Origin: Penicillus capitatus
Taxonomy: Eukaryota; Plantae; Chlorophyta
Assembly (NCBI GenBank): GCA_965649825.1
Contig: OZ287701.1
Coordinates: 113,101 to 177,100, forward strand
Reading direction: 5' to 3'
Length of the DNA: 64,000 bases
The translations under genes and the position numbers were made by a program. The notes under the pieces are model-generated. The model was given only the letters and a program-made list of their open reading frames with translations, ran no database searches and was not told where the DNA came from. This document shows, one piece after another, positions 10,192 through 23,099 of this stretch (position 1 is the stretch's first letter; each line of letters begins with the position of its first letter).

Positions 10192-11748
10192 CTAAATGTG
10201 CATCATTCCCATTCGAAACAGTGCTTTTGTCCCAACGGTGTACATCGTCCAAGTGCAGCACGTCCACCAACAGAGGAATCCGCTAATGTCATACAGATAT
10301 CTTTCCTTTTCGGCATATGCCAAGAGGAGCAAGATGCCAAAGGCCAGAGAGCACGCAGACAACAACAGAGCTTGGATAGCCACTTTACACAAAAGGAACC
10401 AACACTTGGAGACGTGATGTGCCGTAATCGTCATCGCCGCATCGGAGTTCTGATCTCCTTGATGCAGCTGGACGGTATCATACCAAGCAAGCAGCCCCGT
10501 ATTGAGGTATCCTTGCATCAAGGGACGAAACAGAACGATCTGGGACATCCCTAGCATAAGCGCACACCATATCTGGCTGCTATTCAATCTCTCGTCGGCG
10601 ATGAAATTGAGAGGGGCGATCCACAGAATGCAATTGCACAGCAGCAAGATGTCTTGAGCATTGTGCACGGTACCAAACCACACAGGACATCTGAGCGAGA
10701 TCGATAGCCCTAGGGTGGATGACAGCATTAACTGAGATGACCTAAACGCCCAACCAACATCTCAGAACGCAGAATCCTCTCTGCGAACCGACCTGGTGCA
10801 GCGGATGGCTGGATTCAGAACGGCACAGCTAATGATACCAGCTATGATGGAGAGAACGATCTTGAGGTGTTGTCCTTCCAATCGAACACTATTCAGCATA
10901 TCTAACATACGACATCGTCAATCCATCATACAGACTGTGTGCTTTACTTGTGTAAGATGTGGCTTTGGTGCCTGACGGCGCTTGGGTGTGGATGTCGTGG
11001 ACGATCTTGTCGAGTTTCTGATTGAGATCGGCCGTCGCCTGTTCCAAATCGAAACAGAACCAGGTTGGCTCTGCGACACTGAGCAGGGCGAAGCTGACAA
11101 GGGCTCCCATCATGAACACCAGTGCCAGAAACCATCTCTCCCACTTGAGCGTGTGGATCGACATGAACTCTATCTGCACACTCCCCTGCTCCAGAATAGA
11201 TCAAAGCCCAGTCGACAGACCTTCAAAAGTGTGAAAAGAGTGACCACTATGGCCAGCACAGCGAACGGCTTCGTCATGAGATTGCTGTTCGTGAACAGCG
11301 TCGGCAGAAAGAGAGAAATGCATCCATGCATCATCATCAAGGCCAACATCGCCACCTAGTTCATTAGCTTCTTTACAGCTTCCGTCTCGCATCCAATTCA
11401 GAAATGCACCACAGAATCGTACTCTCGAAAGAACGTCCATTGCTTCACTGTGAATGGCGACAGTTCAATCTGCAAGATCTGCTGATCAGGCGAGTCGATA
11501 TTCAAGGCCCTGCGTTTCGCCCGGTGTCCTCTGCGACGTTCCTCGCCGCGCTGAAGCACTCGACTCCTCAGTGCCTCCTCCTCAACGTCGTAGTAAACGA
11601 GTCCCGTGAGTGATGACTGCGAGAGGGACCATCTAGCATCGCACACGCTCTTGCTCTATCGACCTGTTCCCGTAGCTCACCGTTTTCCAGAGATGAGTCG
11701 CAGGAGAGCAAACGAGAGGGCAAAGTACACGAGTTGACCCACAAACAT
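10192..11748 (-). CDS. TMEM161: TMEM161-family multi-pass membrane protein
   Basis: Exons give GLVYYDVEEEAL..., FFREYDSVV, LSIIAGIISCAVLNPAIRCTR, LWIAPL, FRPLMQGYLN, matching remembered TMEM161 motifs; ~50-nt GT-AG introns. Confidence 0.7.
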
Positions 11749-11802
11749 TGATAGGCGAAATGGGAATGACGCCCAGGGGAGATTGCATTTTCCAGGCATC
11801 CG

Positions 11803-12345
11803 ATGATGGAAGCTGTCGACAACGCCGCTTTCGACGTCCAGCAGATCCAGACGTTTCTCATTGGACTGGGCGGCGGCGGAGCGCTGGGCGTCATCACGGG
11901 CGCCGCGCTCAAAGTGAGATCCCTCGCCTCCTCACACACGCACTCATATCTGCAACATAGCACACAGCCAAACGTGTTGCCATTGCCTTGGGCACCGTCT
12001 TCATCTTCCTCCAAGTCGCATCTCCGATACGCAAAGACGTCACGGAACGTGGGCGGGTGGGTGACACCCGTTGCAGGTGACGCAGTTTTTTGGGTTTGTG
12101 GATGTGCGTTGGGATAAAGTGACGGAGAGCGCTTTGCCGATCTTCGATGCCAACGATGACGGGTTGAGTGCCCACCGAGGCGATACCGATTTCATTCAAT
12201 GTGTGATGGCAGGAAGTTGACGGAGGACGACGTACGTCACATCATTCAGCAAGGGATGATACTGGCACCCGACGTTCTCGTGCGTGGACTGCCAAACGTG
12301 GCCGGATTCACGACAGGAATGCTAGTGGCTTTTTGGTTTCTCTAA
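11803..12345 (+). CDS. FUNDC1: FUN14-domain mitochondrial outer-membrane protein
   Basis: GLGGGGALGVITGAALK|HTAKRVAIALGTVFIFLQ|VTQFFGFVDVRWDKV..DANDDGKL..GFTTGM; three short introns. Confidence 0.75.
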
Positions 12346-12490
12346 CCGTATCGGATGGACATGATCGCACAGGCCAGTCATTTTCTTCATATATGCTCAG
12401 ACAGTAACCGTCGCAACGTTTGCAACCTTACTCTTAGACATTCATACGGTATCGCTCGAGTCTTGTCCTCTCGCCAAAGGCATCGTCCAT

Positions 12491-13654
12491 CTAACGGTGT
12501 TGATGGAAGACATCCCAACTCTTGACATCGTTGTGCGAATGGGTGAATCCGAGAGATCGCTCTTCCCTCACACAATCTCGCTTTCTACAGTGAATGCCGA
12601 TGTGAGTTGCCAAGTAGATGTAGCGGAGGGGCGAGACCGCAGGGCAACGACATAGGCGCGTCTCCATTTGGTCGACTGATTGGGTCCAGAGCCATGGGCG
12701 ACACGCTCATTGTGTACCGTAATGTCGCCTCGATGGATCTCGGCGTAGAAGACAGGGTCGTGTTCCGGATCGAAGCTGGCAGACAGAACATGCGAGTCCT
12801 TCCGTGAGGGATCCACTGCAGAGGAGGCGCTTTTGATGGGATCAGTTTTTCGAGAGTCGTACCTGGTGTGTGTGGTCGCAGTTTAGCTTCTCGATGGCTT
12901 CCAGGGATAAAACGCATGCATCCGTTCTCTACGGTTGATGTGTCGACGGCCAGCCAACAGGTCGCTGTGTGTTGATCGGCATCCGTTATGGGCCAATAGG
13001 CAAGATCCTGATGCCAGGCAAAGATGGAATCACTCGTGTTCGGGCGTTTGGCCAAGATCTGATCGTAGTCGATCACCATGTTTCCCTCACACAACTGATC
13101 GGCAATATCCTTGCAGCGCTGCTCAAAGATGTTGCCCTGAATCGACGGCAGATACACACGAGGCAACATGACATTGTAGACGCTGAAGGCATCGGGAGCG
13201 CGATCTGTGGCACCGGACATGTCGCAGAGGTCTTTACCCGGCACATCGACCTCGCGCCTCATGAATTGACCGTAGAACTGAGTGCGCAACGACAACGTCA
13301 CATCAATCTGGAAGCGATTGAGCGACGAGGGCTACCGGTTCGATGACATCTCGCACTTCGCTCTCCGACAGAACACCCTTAAGATGAACGAATCTACAAA
13401 GAGTGAGATAAAGAGTGAGTGTTTCATGCTTAATGTCTGTGTACCCCTGTTCGCTAAACCGCTTCTTCTCAGCTTCCGTGACCGAGTAACGCATTGCCTG
13501 CAGCGCTTCCGCGCAACGACCCTGACTGCCAGTACTTAACAGCCGATAGCGTTTCGCAGGGTTCGCCACACCGGCGACGACACAGGAGGCATTTCGTGTT
13601 GCTGTGCCTTGGCAGAGGCGGTGCTCTGATCGGCAGTCCTCTCGTTTTAAGCAT
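12491..13654 (-). CDS. phytanoyl-CoA dioxygenase (PhyH)-family Fe(II)/2OG dioxygenase
   Basis: FAWHQDLAYW (HxD), TCWLAVD..ENGCMRFIPGSH, distal HNERVAHGSGPN..RRA; Arg-rich N-terminal extension. Confidence 0.85.
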
Positions 13655-13689
13655 CGTTCGTTTTCTGGTCTTAATCAGTCGGTAATGAG

Positions 13690-14187
13690 ATGGGTGGTCG
13701 ATTCTCTCGCGTCGCTGCTTCGGCTCCCCGTGTGAAGCCTCCTTCCACTCCGGCCAAGACAACCCCTCCGCCTGCGGAGCCTCTCGCTGCTGAGCGCAGC
13801 AATGTCGAATTCGTTCCTCCACGAGAGCCACTTGAAGAAAGGGACCTGGAATTTGAGAAACAGCTCTACGCGATGACCGATCGCATCGAAAGCGTCAACG
13901 TCGTGTTCGTTCCAGGCAGCGATCCAGTCTCGGCAGAAGCTAAACGCAAGAAGAGACGGGAGATGCGACAGAGGATGTTGCGCGGACGCCTGACGGTGGC
14001 GCATTTCAAAGAAATTCTCATTCAGCAGGACACTGTTCAAGACGCCCAGCGTGAAGCTTGGCTCGAACGCATGGCCCAGAGATACGAAGTCGATCGCGAT
14101 CTCTTGGCCCAGGTGCTGCGTTTCTATCGATTTCCGAAGATGACCAAGCGCTATGATGGATACCTCGTTGCCGATCCGTGGCTGTGA
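13690..14187 (+). CDS. NDUFAF4-like (UPF0240) complex I assembly factor, single exon
   Basis: 165-aa ORF with MG start (myristoylation-like) and GRLTVAHFKEIL..MAQRYEVD..LLAQVLRFYRFP, resembling the NDUFAF4 C-terminus. Confidence 0.6.
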   Translation: MGGRFSRVAASAPRVKPPSTPAKTTPPPAEPLAAERSNVEFVPPREPLEERDLEFEKQLYAMTDRIESVNVVFVPGSDPVSAEAKRKKRREMRQRMLRGRLTVAHFKEILIQQDTVQDAQREAWLERMAQRYEVDRDLLAQVLRFYRFPKMTKRYDGYLVADPWL

Positions 14188-14291
14188 CCATCTTCGCAAC
14201 GGTCACACATCTTCTTTGTGACGTCACATCAAACTGTACGGCACTTTTGTGAGATCTTGGAGTCTTAATTGTACGACACTTTGAGCCACGC

Positions 14292-15228
14292 ATGATCGCA
14301 TTAGCTGGGAGAGGAGCGAAGATCGCGCGGCCGAGATGCGGAGAAGGACGGCGACGAAGTCCCAGTCGAACGTCGGTGTCGAAGCGACGTGCCTTCGGCG
14401 TCGACGTGTCGCAGTTTGAGGGTATGATGGATGCAGAGACGAGCTACGCAGGTGTGACCGCTGTTAAACTTACCGCTTTCAAAAGAGTGATGTCTGGAGT
14501 GGTGTACGGTGGATTGGGTCTGCTCGCCACGAGCTTTGCCGCGACGTTTTTCGTGGCGCCCGCCTTTCATACGTCACTGAAGGAACCGGAGGAGTGGAAG
14601 GACATTTACCCACAGCTCGTTCAAAAATCCACGCCATCGATCACACCCCTCCAAGCGGCGGCTAAGCTCTCGAATCCTCAGTCACATCACCATGAGTGAG
14701 ATGACGTCTAAGGCGTCGTGACTGTAGGTGTGTCCTGTTGGACGTGAGTCTCGCCAGTCGTTATGAAAAGAATGCCGCGAAAGGTTCCATCAACATTCCA
14801 CTCTATCAACCCATTGAAGGCAGAGAAGGACTATGATATGATGTGACGTTACGAGATGTGTGAGCAGGATGGGATGTCGCATCCGTTGCCAGGAGAGCAG
14901 CTTTTACCTTCTTTGGCATTCCGGGAACGGAGCGCAATCCATCTTGGCTGTCCTCCATCGAGTCCACCATTCCCAAGACCCATGAGGTCATCGTGATGTG
15001 CGAACTGGGAGGAACGCTCGAGACGAAGGTCGGTATGGATACCGGATTTCAGTCAAGGTCCGTCTTAACAGATCAATTGATGCGGCCAATGCAACATCTA
15101 GCAATTCTAGATCACTTAAGGCCATCCATTTCATGCAGGAGGCTGGATATGATAATGTCGTCCATCTGAAGGGTGGCATTGGTGAATGGATACGAGAGGG
15201 ATTGCCAATGACCAAACCCATTCAGTAA
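14292..15228 (+). CDS. rhodanese-like domain protein, plastid-type (STR14-like)
   Basis: VLLDV..SINIPLYQPIEGWDVASVARRAAFTFFGIPGTERNP..VIVMCELGG..SRSLKAIHFMQEAGYDNVVHLKGGIGEW; three introns, one GC-AG. Confidence 0.85.
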
Positions 15229-15267
15229 TATCTGAATCTCATGCGTTCTGAAAAAACTCCCTCATAC

Positions 15268-16388
15268 TCAACGTGACGTTTGAAAGTGTTGTGTGTCTTG
15301 AAATCTAAGCAGAAGCGTTTCCACTTCGACCTCTTTTGTTAGAGGAATGATCCAATCTCGGTACAACGTTGCTGCGACATCGCCATAACCTGTATACCCA
15401 TTTGACACGCCTCGCCCCAAAAGAGTGAGAAGAGTGATGCCTGAATGTTTATCGTAGTGTTGGGCCTTAGATCGTACGCGTTGGATGATACGCTCTTCGA
15501 CATCTTCATGTGTCAGCTCCCTCATGATGCCCTCTCTATCAGCCGCCTTGACAAGCATCGTATAGCGTTCAGGATCGCTCCTAATTTGAGTGAGAAAAGT
15601 GTGATCGTGCGCGAAGTGGAGGACCTGAATTTTGCCTCGGCCACGTATTTTCCTAGATGAATGCGACGGGAGAGAGATTTTAGACATTGGACGTCGGCAA
15701 ACACCGTTGCCGCATAGTTTCCATCATCCCCTTGAGAGACACACCCTGCACCCACCATCCATTATCCGCCTGTCTAGATGCGGCACATATGTCTTGCTTG
15801 GTAGGATGAGGTGACGATAATCCTCGTAGATTTTCGGATTCACATTCACAAACCGCGATGATGCAGGAAGCTCCGAAGAAACGGTATCGTCTTCAGAAAG
15901 GCTCCTGAAGAATGGATGGTAGGCAATGCTGCGACAGAATGAAAGCTTCTCCTCGAGCTTCTCCTCTTCAGACAACACATACTCCAATAGACTCATGTCC
16001 TTTCCCCCTGGAAACCTCCACTATGAGGTAGGTCCAAGAGTGAGAGGGTGCCTGGATGTGTGAGAGTATCTGTTGTGTATGCGGCTGCGTTGATAGGATA
16101 GTGTGATCGCGCATAGAGGTGGAAGATAATGGTGTCCTCTTCCTTGACCAGTTCATTCCGAACGGCATCCAGCGACAGCATGGAGCCCTTTTTCATAACT
16201 GCCGATTTGCTACGGGAGCGGTCGTCGCTGACTGACACAACGCTGCGGCCTTTTGGCAGGACTCGAATTGGCGCTGTCGATTTCGAAGAGGCGTGGCGTC
16301 GTGACCGTTGTCGCGAAAAGAGACAAGTGGTTTGCGAACAACGCCACCTCACTCGGCACATTGACACATTGACGAGCTGCATCGTCAT
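15268..16388 (-). CDS. CM1: chorismate mutase (eukaryotic AroQ type), plastid-targeted
   Basis: [66 protein letters not shown]; Ser/Arg-rich transit peptide. Confidence 0.92.
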
Positions 16389-19300
16389 GCGCCGATGGTT
16401 TCCTCTCATCCGCAGGGCAGTCGATTCGACACGTCTCCTGTCTCCTTTGCTGCCGCATCTCGCACGCGGTCTACACGATGAGAGCGAAGTGGTGGGTGGA
16501 CTTAGGGATCTGTCACCATAACGAGGGGTCTGTTCTTTGTGAAGGTTTGGGCCAAGGAAGAGACACAGGAGCAGTGGAGAAATATTCTGGACGTTCCGAT
16601 GCCGTCTCTGGACGAAGATCCATTCCATCTGCTTCAACCGACACCGCCACGACGGTAGCTTCCCTACAGCTTCGCGACCAAAGGACCGTGATGGAACGTC
16701 TTGTGGTTCAGGAGCACGAAATGGGGCTATGCCGAGACAGAGCAGGTGGAGTTTGTCGACTTCCGTTTCTTAAGCTCGTGGGAAGAGGTCCGAAACGTCG
16801 TCGAGTCCATCGGCACGGCGTTTTCAGCCTATCATGCATCGGCCGCCTTTGCTCGGCTGCGATATCTGCCCCGTCCCGTCGACAGCGAACTGCTCCATGG
16901 CCTCGTCGAGAAGACAGAGCCTCTCATCCCTTCGATGACGCCACATCAACTGATGACCATTCTCTTCTCCGTTCTGCGTCTGGAGATGATCGAGGGTCGC
17001 GGATTTCTGGAGAAGCTGGCAGAGCAGCTGATGCAGATGGATGTGACACCTCGTGCGACGGGCGATGTGACGAAGCTCATGTTTGGTATCGGTCTGGGCA
17101 AACGTCACATCAGCTGGAGTCTCGATCCCATAAAGCACCAGCACTATTGGGTCTTCCCTTCCGAAACGAAGCTCATGATCTACTTGAGAGATATCCTGAA
17201 GAACAATGAGGAGCGACTGAGCCAGCTGACGGAAGTGGAATGCGCACAAGTTCTCTTTGCCCTTTCGCAATATCGCAGAGCATCCGATGGCGAAGGGCAC
17301 CTGCTGCATCGCATTTGCGACCTCTTGGCTGATCACCGCGCCATCAAGGAGCTCAACGAGACATACCACGTCCTGGTCATCACCAGTCTCGCGGCATTGG
17401 ATCTGCGACATCAGCTGCTGATCGATCGCGTGCTCTACCAGAATATCCGAAGCGGTGCCGTCAAGACATACATGGCTCAGGAGATCGTTACCATTCTTTA
17501 CTGTCTGGGCAGTCTACGGCACTGGAACCGGGACATCACCGAGTCTCTTCTGACAGAGCTCCTCAAACCGCATCATCTGAGTTCTCTCACAGAGCAGGGA
17601 GTGGCCAATGCGATCTATGGCGTTGCGCGAATGGGCGAGTTGAAGGGACTGGATAAGGAACCTTATATTCTGCCGCTGTTTACCGAAGCGGCCCGTCCGG
17701 AACGCATAAAACGTTACATCAGTATAGGCCTGACAGGGATTCTCTATGCAGCGGGATTAATGGGGTTCCCCTCCGGACAGTATCGACACCGACTCGTTCC
17801 TTTCCTCGAAGAGCTTACGGTTCCGACGCGAATGGTGGCGGTCTCGACTCATGGATTGGCAACGGCTTTGTGGGGAATGGGGAAAGTGGGATTAAAAGAC
17901 ATCCGCTTCATCGATCCCTTGCTCCAAGAGAGTCTGAAGCCAGGGAGATTGCAAGGCATGGAGAATCAAGGTCTCGGTCTGCTGGCTTACTGTTGTGGCC
18001 TCTTGAGGCATCGCAACCAACGTCTGATGGAAAAACTCGTGACAGAGGCCAACCGACCCGCACGGATGCAGAGCCTAACGTAAGATGTGCTCGCTCTGGC
18101 TGCCATCGTCTCTGCAAGAGTGGTCGGTGGTTTAGGGATCGGGATATCTCGCATTTGGCATATGGGATTGGTCGGACGAACTGTGTTCCACTCGCCGCCG
18201 TCATTCCTCTTATCCAGGTGAAAACGGCGATGATATGAAGAGTGTGCGGTATTGGTGCTCTGTTTCTTTGTTTCTGTGCAGGAGACGCTGAAACCTGAGA
18301 GGCTGGCGTCCTTGGAGGCGAAGCATATCTGTCAGGTTCTGCAGGCGGCGACGATGCTGGATTACAGACACTTGGGTAATCTACGCTTCCTGCTCAGAGC
18401 GGTGTACAAGAAACACAGAGAAAACAGAGTGGATCCTATCGAACTGCAAGAACTCCTTATCAGCTGCAGTCGCAAGCCGGCGCTCATTCAGTACACTGAA
18501 CTTTGACGGCGGTACCGCATCGATGTGCTCTGTGTCTTTGCAGATCTAGAGAAGCTCGGACTTTTGTGTACACGGCATTGAACGAAGAGATTCTGCAGCA
18601 AACCAGAGCACCGCAGCTGAGTTCATTGGGGACGATTATGTCGATGCACCTGCCCTTGCTCAAAATCAAACCTGAGCATTGCAAGAGATATGCGGATGAA
18701 GTGACCAAGGCAGAAAGACTGACAGAGTTCAATCCAGTAGATCTGACAGGCATCTACGGCACGTTGATCCGACTGGATGTCTGGTAGTGCTAATACCTAG
18801 GCAGATCTGCCTCCAGCGTTTTCTTTTTAGGGAGGAGACTAAGTTGATATCGATCTTGGAGGCGATCGAGAAGAAACCGCTGTCGCCTATTCGAAAGCCT
18901 ATCCAATTTGTCAATGCCACGGTCGCGACGAACCGCGTCCAAGAAACGCCGTTGCACGGGCAGCTACTGGAGCGACTGCTGTCACACATTCTCCGGACGC
19001 CCAATTTCTCCCTCTTCGAATCGACAGATTCCTTCGCCATGCTTATGGCTTTACTCGAATCCCGTCCCTTGCCTGAGTTTCGCCCAACGTGGGAAGAAGC
19101 GATGTGCCGTTTCGCAGGGATTGCCCAGAAGGGTCCTCTGTTTAACATGTCCATGATGCATCTGATGCGTTGCCTGCGGCACTATGTGAGAAGACAGGAG
19201 GAATTGTCTCCCCAGACAGATGTCGTCTCTTGGCTGCTGCCAGAGATCTTTGAAGAGAGAAGGATCCGTTCGGCATCGGATGACATGCTGGTCGATTTGG

Positions 19301-19566
19301 CCGAAGATGTTTCCCAATCGACACGTACGTCTCCCGTGCAGCAATCCGAGGCATTGGCCTCTTTGCATATGGTCATGGAACAGACGCAACGATTTAAGAA
19401 CCTCTCCGAGACGCATGCCGAGAAACTGGAGTTTCTCTTTCAGCAGTTTGCTCCACAGCTCACTATTGCCGGTCGACAGATGCCGCGCTCATCGGCTTCC
19501 TATTCCTACGAGAGTCACTTCATCGCCCGAGACCTGGAACGTCAGATTGGCCTCGCAGATGAGTGA
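16387..19566 (+). CDS. organelle-targeted OPR/FAST-like helical-repeat protein 1 (39-aa repeats), multi-exon
   Basis: Spliced model [18 protein letters not shown]...; repeats such as LTEQGVANAIYGVARMG..EAARPERI; ORFs 16701..18083, 18252..18506, 18503..18787 and 18787..19566 join through GT-AG introns. Confidence 0.75.
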
Positions 19567-19608
19567 GATGGCGGCGCCGAACAGCAGAACGCACTCTATT
19601 ACTCAAAT

Positions 19609-21783
19609 CTACATGAGATCTTTCAGAAAGTCTGCCGTTTCTTCCAGTTCTTTCCACGTGGATTGATTATCCGTAAAGGGAGGAGGAATGCAATGTACAA
19701 ACTCTTGAAATACGGAAAGGAGTTCGAGATGATCATTTCGATCTATGTGTGACATTTTTGAGTGATCCACACTTTGGCATGCCTCGCATCCGATGTGTAT
19801 AAGAGAGGAAAGCAGGGGCATGACACAAGGATAGGCATTCTGCAGCTTCTCCACAGCTTCCGGAATCTGATCCTTCTCCGTAGGAATGAAATCCAAATCA
19901 CAAATGCGTTGCAGAATGTGATCTTCACGCATTGTCTGAGCATGGAACACATCTGCGACGCTTGCCAATATCCTTGTCTCCCCATTGGGACAACCGAGTG
20001 TCTCCTGGACATACTCGATCGTCCGCCGGACATCTCTGAGAAACGTCACACGCTGTTCTCTCTGTGCTGTACCGGAGAGATGAGCGCACTGAAGCAAGAG
20101 ATGCACCACCTGTCACATCACAGTCATCAGCATCCACACACATCTCTGGCGAGATGCATCTACCAGTTGATGACAGGTTTCAGCGGCGGCGGCCACGTGA
20201 TTGATCATCTTGTAGAGGATGACTGCCAGTTCAAACGCCTTTCGATCGGCGCATTGACTGGCTGCTTGTTCAAAGATGTCCTTTTTATCATCGGCATTTT
20301 GGATGGAATGCTCCAAGACGTTGCCCGTTTGGAGCACGGACACATCGCAAGATCGTATGAGAAGATCTACCAACACGCGCGCCTTGTCTTCGTTCGAAAT
20401 CCGCTCTCCTCTGTGCCAGATCTTCTGTGTCAGGATATAGTAATGCCATGCCGTTTGGCTCTTGGAGGCGGCGAGACTGTGGCCGTAGTGCATGACGAGA
20501 TCGGCCACGTCTTCTGGCTTCAGCTGCTTGAGATCGGCCGCTTCTGGCAGCTCTAACAGTCCATGATGGTGCAAAGCAATCGCCATATGCACCACGTGCA
20601 CCACATAGGAGTGCGCCTCGACGTTTTGCGTCATCAAATAATACAAGGCACTTCCGAATTGCAGCCCGGAGAACAGCACCAGGGCATAGCGCATCGGATG
20701 GCGGCCGTTCTCCGTGTAGTACATCTCCTGGTAGGAAGAGAGCCTCGAACGCAGGCGTTTATAATCGAATGGCACCGAAGGGCCGCTGCCCGATCGAACG
20801 CAGCCCAGAGAAAACCAGAGAAACTCGTCCAGCGAATCCCAGCTCTGTGCCGATTCCGAGATCAGCGTATCGGCGACGTGGATCTGTCCGCAGAGAAAGG
20901 CAACCGACATCAGCATGTAACGGTACGCCGAACTGAGCTTCTTTCTGGCACCGTGGCGCATGAATTGGAGACAGGCCTGTTCGAGCTCCGAGAATCGACA
21001 GCAGGCAACGTAGGAAGGTCGTTGCATGAGTGTCCTCAGATAGTACTCTGGCGTTTCGCATCGACATCCTCCCGGGAAGACAGCCTTCGATGCAAACTCC
21101 GTTGCCGCTGCGTAGTCTCCACAACGAATCGAGATATAAACCAGGGCCCATGCTGGATAGGCTGTATCGTGAGGAACCAGTTTCTTGTGGACGTACATTC
21201 GAATGGCATCCTGTGTTCGGCCAGTGGGCATCCCGCAGTCGCGGGCCACTTTGTGGACATGGCTCAGGAATTTCTCCTCGAAGAAACGCTTGGCACCTTG
21301 GATAGGGTCCATGACGGGACGTGTGCGTTCGTTGCCTGGCACCACAGCGGCCAGGAGCTTCCAGAGAGATGCCATCTCGCATTCGGGATCGACGGCATCG
21401 ATGGCATTGCGAAGATCGGTGAGAAAATCGTCGTGATTGCGGTTCAGCTTCGCGACCGCTTCCGCAAAGAGCTGTGTGAGACGGCGCTCGGTGTCCGTCG
21501 TTGTCGAGAAGAGGTGTCCCTCGGCGATCCGTACGTGGACGCGTGTCCATATATTGGTTCGCACCTTCCCCTCAGCTTCAACGTCGCGTCGCGGAAGAGC
21601 GAGCGACTCGTGCGGATCGAACAGGAGTGTTCTCTTCTCGCCCGTCGTGACTCGACTGAGCTCGTTAGAGAGCGTATCGACATTCGTCGCACCATCGAGT
21701 GACGCCAGAATCGTCTGGCCTAACTCGAGCAGCTGCGAAGGCGTCCTTCCAATAACGCCAACTTGTCGTCCTTCGAACGCCAT
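19609..21783 (-). CDS. NUP93: nucleoporin Nup93/Nic96
   Basis: GAKRFFEEKF, WALVYISIRCG, EFLWFSL, LQFGSALYYL, HMAIALHHHGLL match the Nic96 family; ORFs 20113..21804 and 19609..20109 are joined by an intron. Confidence 0.85.
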
Positions 21784-22979
21784 GGCACAGAAATGACGGA
21801 ACAAATGCCGCTGCTATCTTAATGTCATCCATCATTCCATTCGTTTGACGGTGTGCAAGGACATCTAGACAGCAAATGACTCTATCGAGTGATGTCCTGA
21901 AGCAGAATCAAGGGCCATGTGGAGAGAAATCTGATCGGAAGGCGTCATTAGCGCCAGGAGTTCCGTGCCTTAAAACATGAGAGTGCTTTTGATGTGACAG
22001 CTGTAGAGAGTTTCTTGCAAATCACAGACACGAGCCATTCCTCCAGTGCATCCGAGTACATGACCTGACAATGGCCAGTTCGTTGTTCTCTGATGGAGGG
22101 CATTCTTAGAGGAATCCAGTCCACCAGGCAATGCTGGATACACGAAAGGCGCTTTGCAAGAAACACGTCTCTCTGTCAGGGCTTTCAGACTTGCTGACCT
22201 ATCGTTTCTTAAGGTCACTACTCTTTAGCTCACCGACTGAAGGTCTTGTAATCTTTTTTCTGGTTTGTTTACCTTCACCTTTACTCCAATCCACTGCTCC
22301 TTACAACATTAAGGATGAGCTTGGTAAACATGAAGTGTTGTTCGAAGTCAAATCGCAAGAGACTGAATTCAATGCAAGGCATCAAACACAACTAAGCCCT
22401 TGGAGGCTTTCCTTACAGTAGCAGAAACACCGACCGGTTCAGATTAACAGTGGTCGTGATGATGTTCTGGTTGAAGCTCGGAAAAAGAAAGAACAGGAAA
22501 CACCTGTAATGGGATGTACGTTTCATTGTTTTCAGTATTGATTACAGAAGTAGTACACACGTCTAGTTAACGCCCTACACAACTTGCACGACAAATTGCA
22601 TGAAATGATAGAGATCTATCTGACAAAGAGATCTTCATTGAAGGAAACCCCTTCTCAGAAGATTTCTCAGCCTTCCGGTCAGAAAGCATGATCTCCTGTT
22701 TTGCTCAGAGAAACACAAACGTTGGACTCCGGATGACGACAGAGGTTCTCCCTTTGTCGCTCACCTTGTGCACGCTTGTTTTGTGTCTCGGTCGACACAA
22801 GATCGCTTTCTCCATGACGCGACGGGAGGGCGTTTCGAACGCAGTCGTGGTTCGGATCGGGCAGTTCGACTTCCCTCGACCTCGCAGATGGTTAGAATTG
22901 ACTGTCGCGACCAAACTCGTGAATGGGATATCGGCCGCGCCTCCTTCCTTTCTCTAGACGACATCCTCTTTTCATGGCA

Positions 22980-23099
22980 GACACGTATGTTGTTTCCTGT
23001 TCGTTTCCGGTTCTCTGGCAAAACGTTGTTTGCGCCGACGGACACGTATGTCGTTTCATGTTCGCTTCACGTTCTCTGGCAAAAAGTTGGTTTACGTCA
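22980..23099. repeat. 61-bp imperfect tandem repeat (x2) upstream of SPRY-like gene B
   Basis: Units start at 22980 and 23041 (GACACGTATG...). Confidence 0.85.

Noticed and set aside
20563-21702. Long antisense ORFs (also 43545..44825, 1929..2699, 23202..23975, 34275..34889, 58132..58911)
   Set aside because: They are shadows of real genes on the opposite strand in GC-rich codon-biased DNA and contain no motifs.
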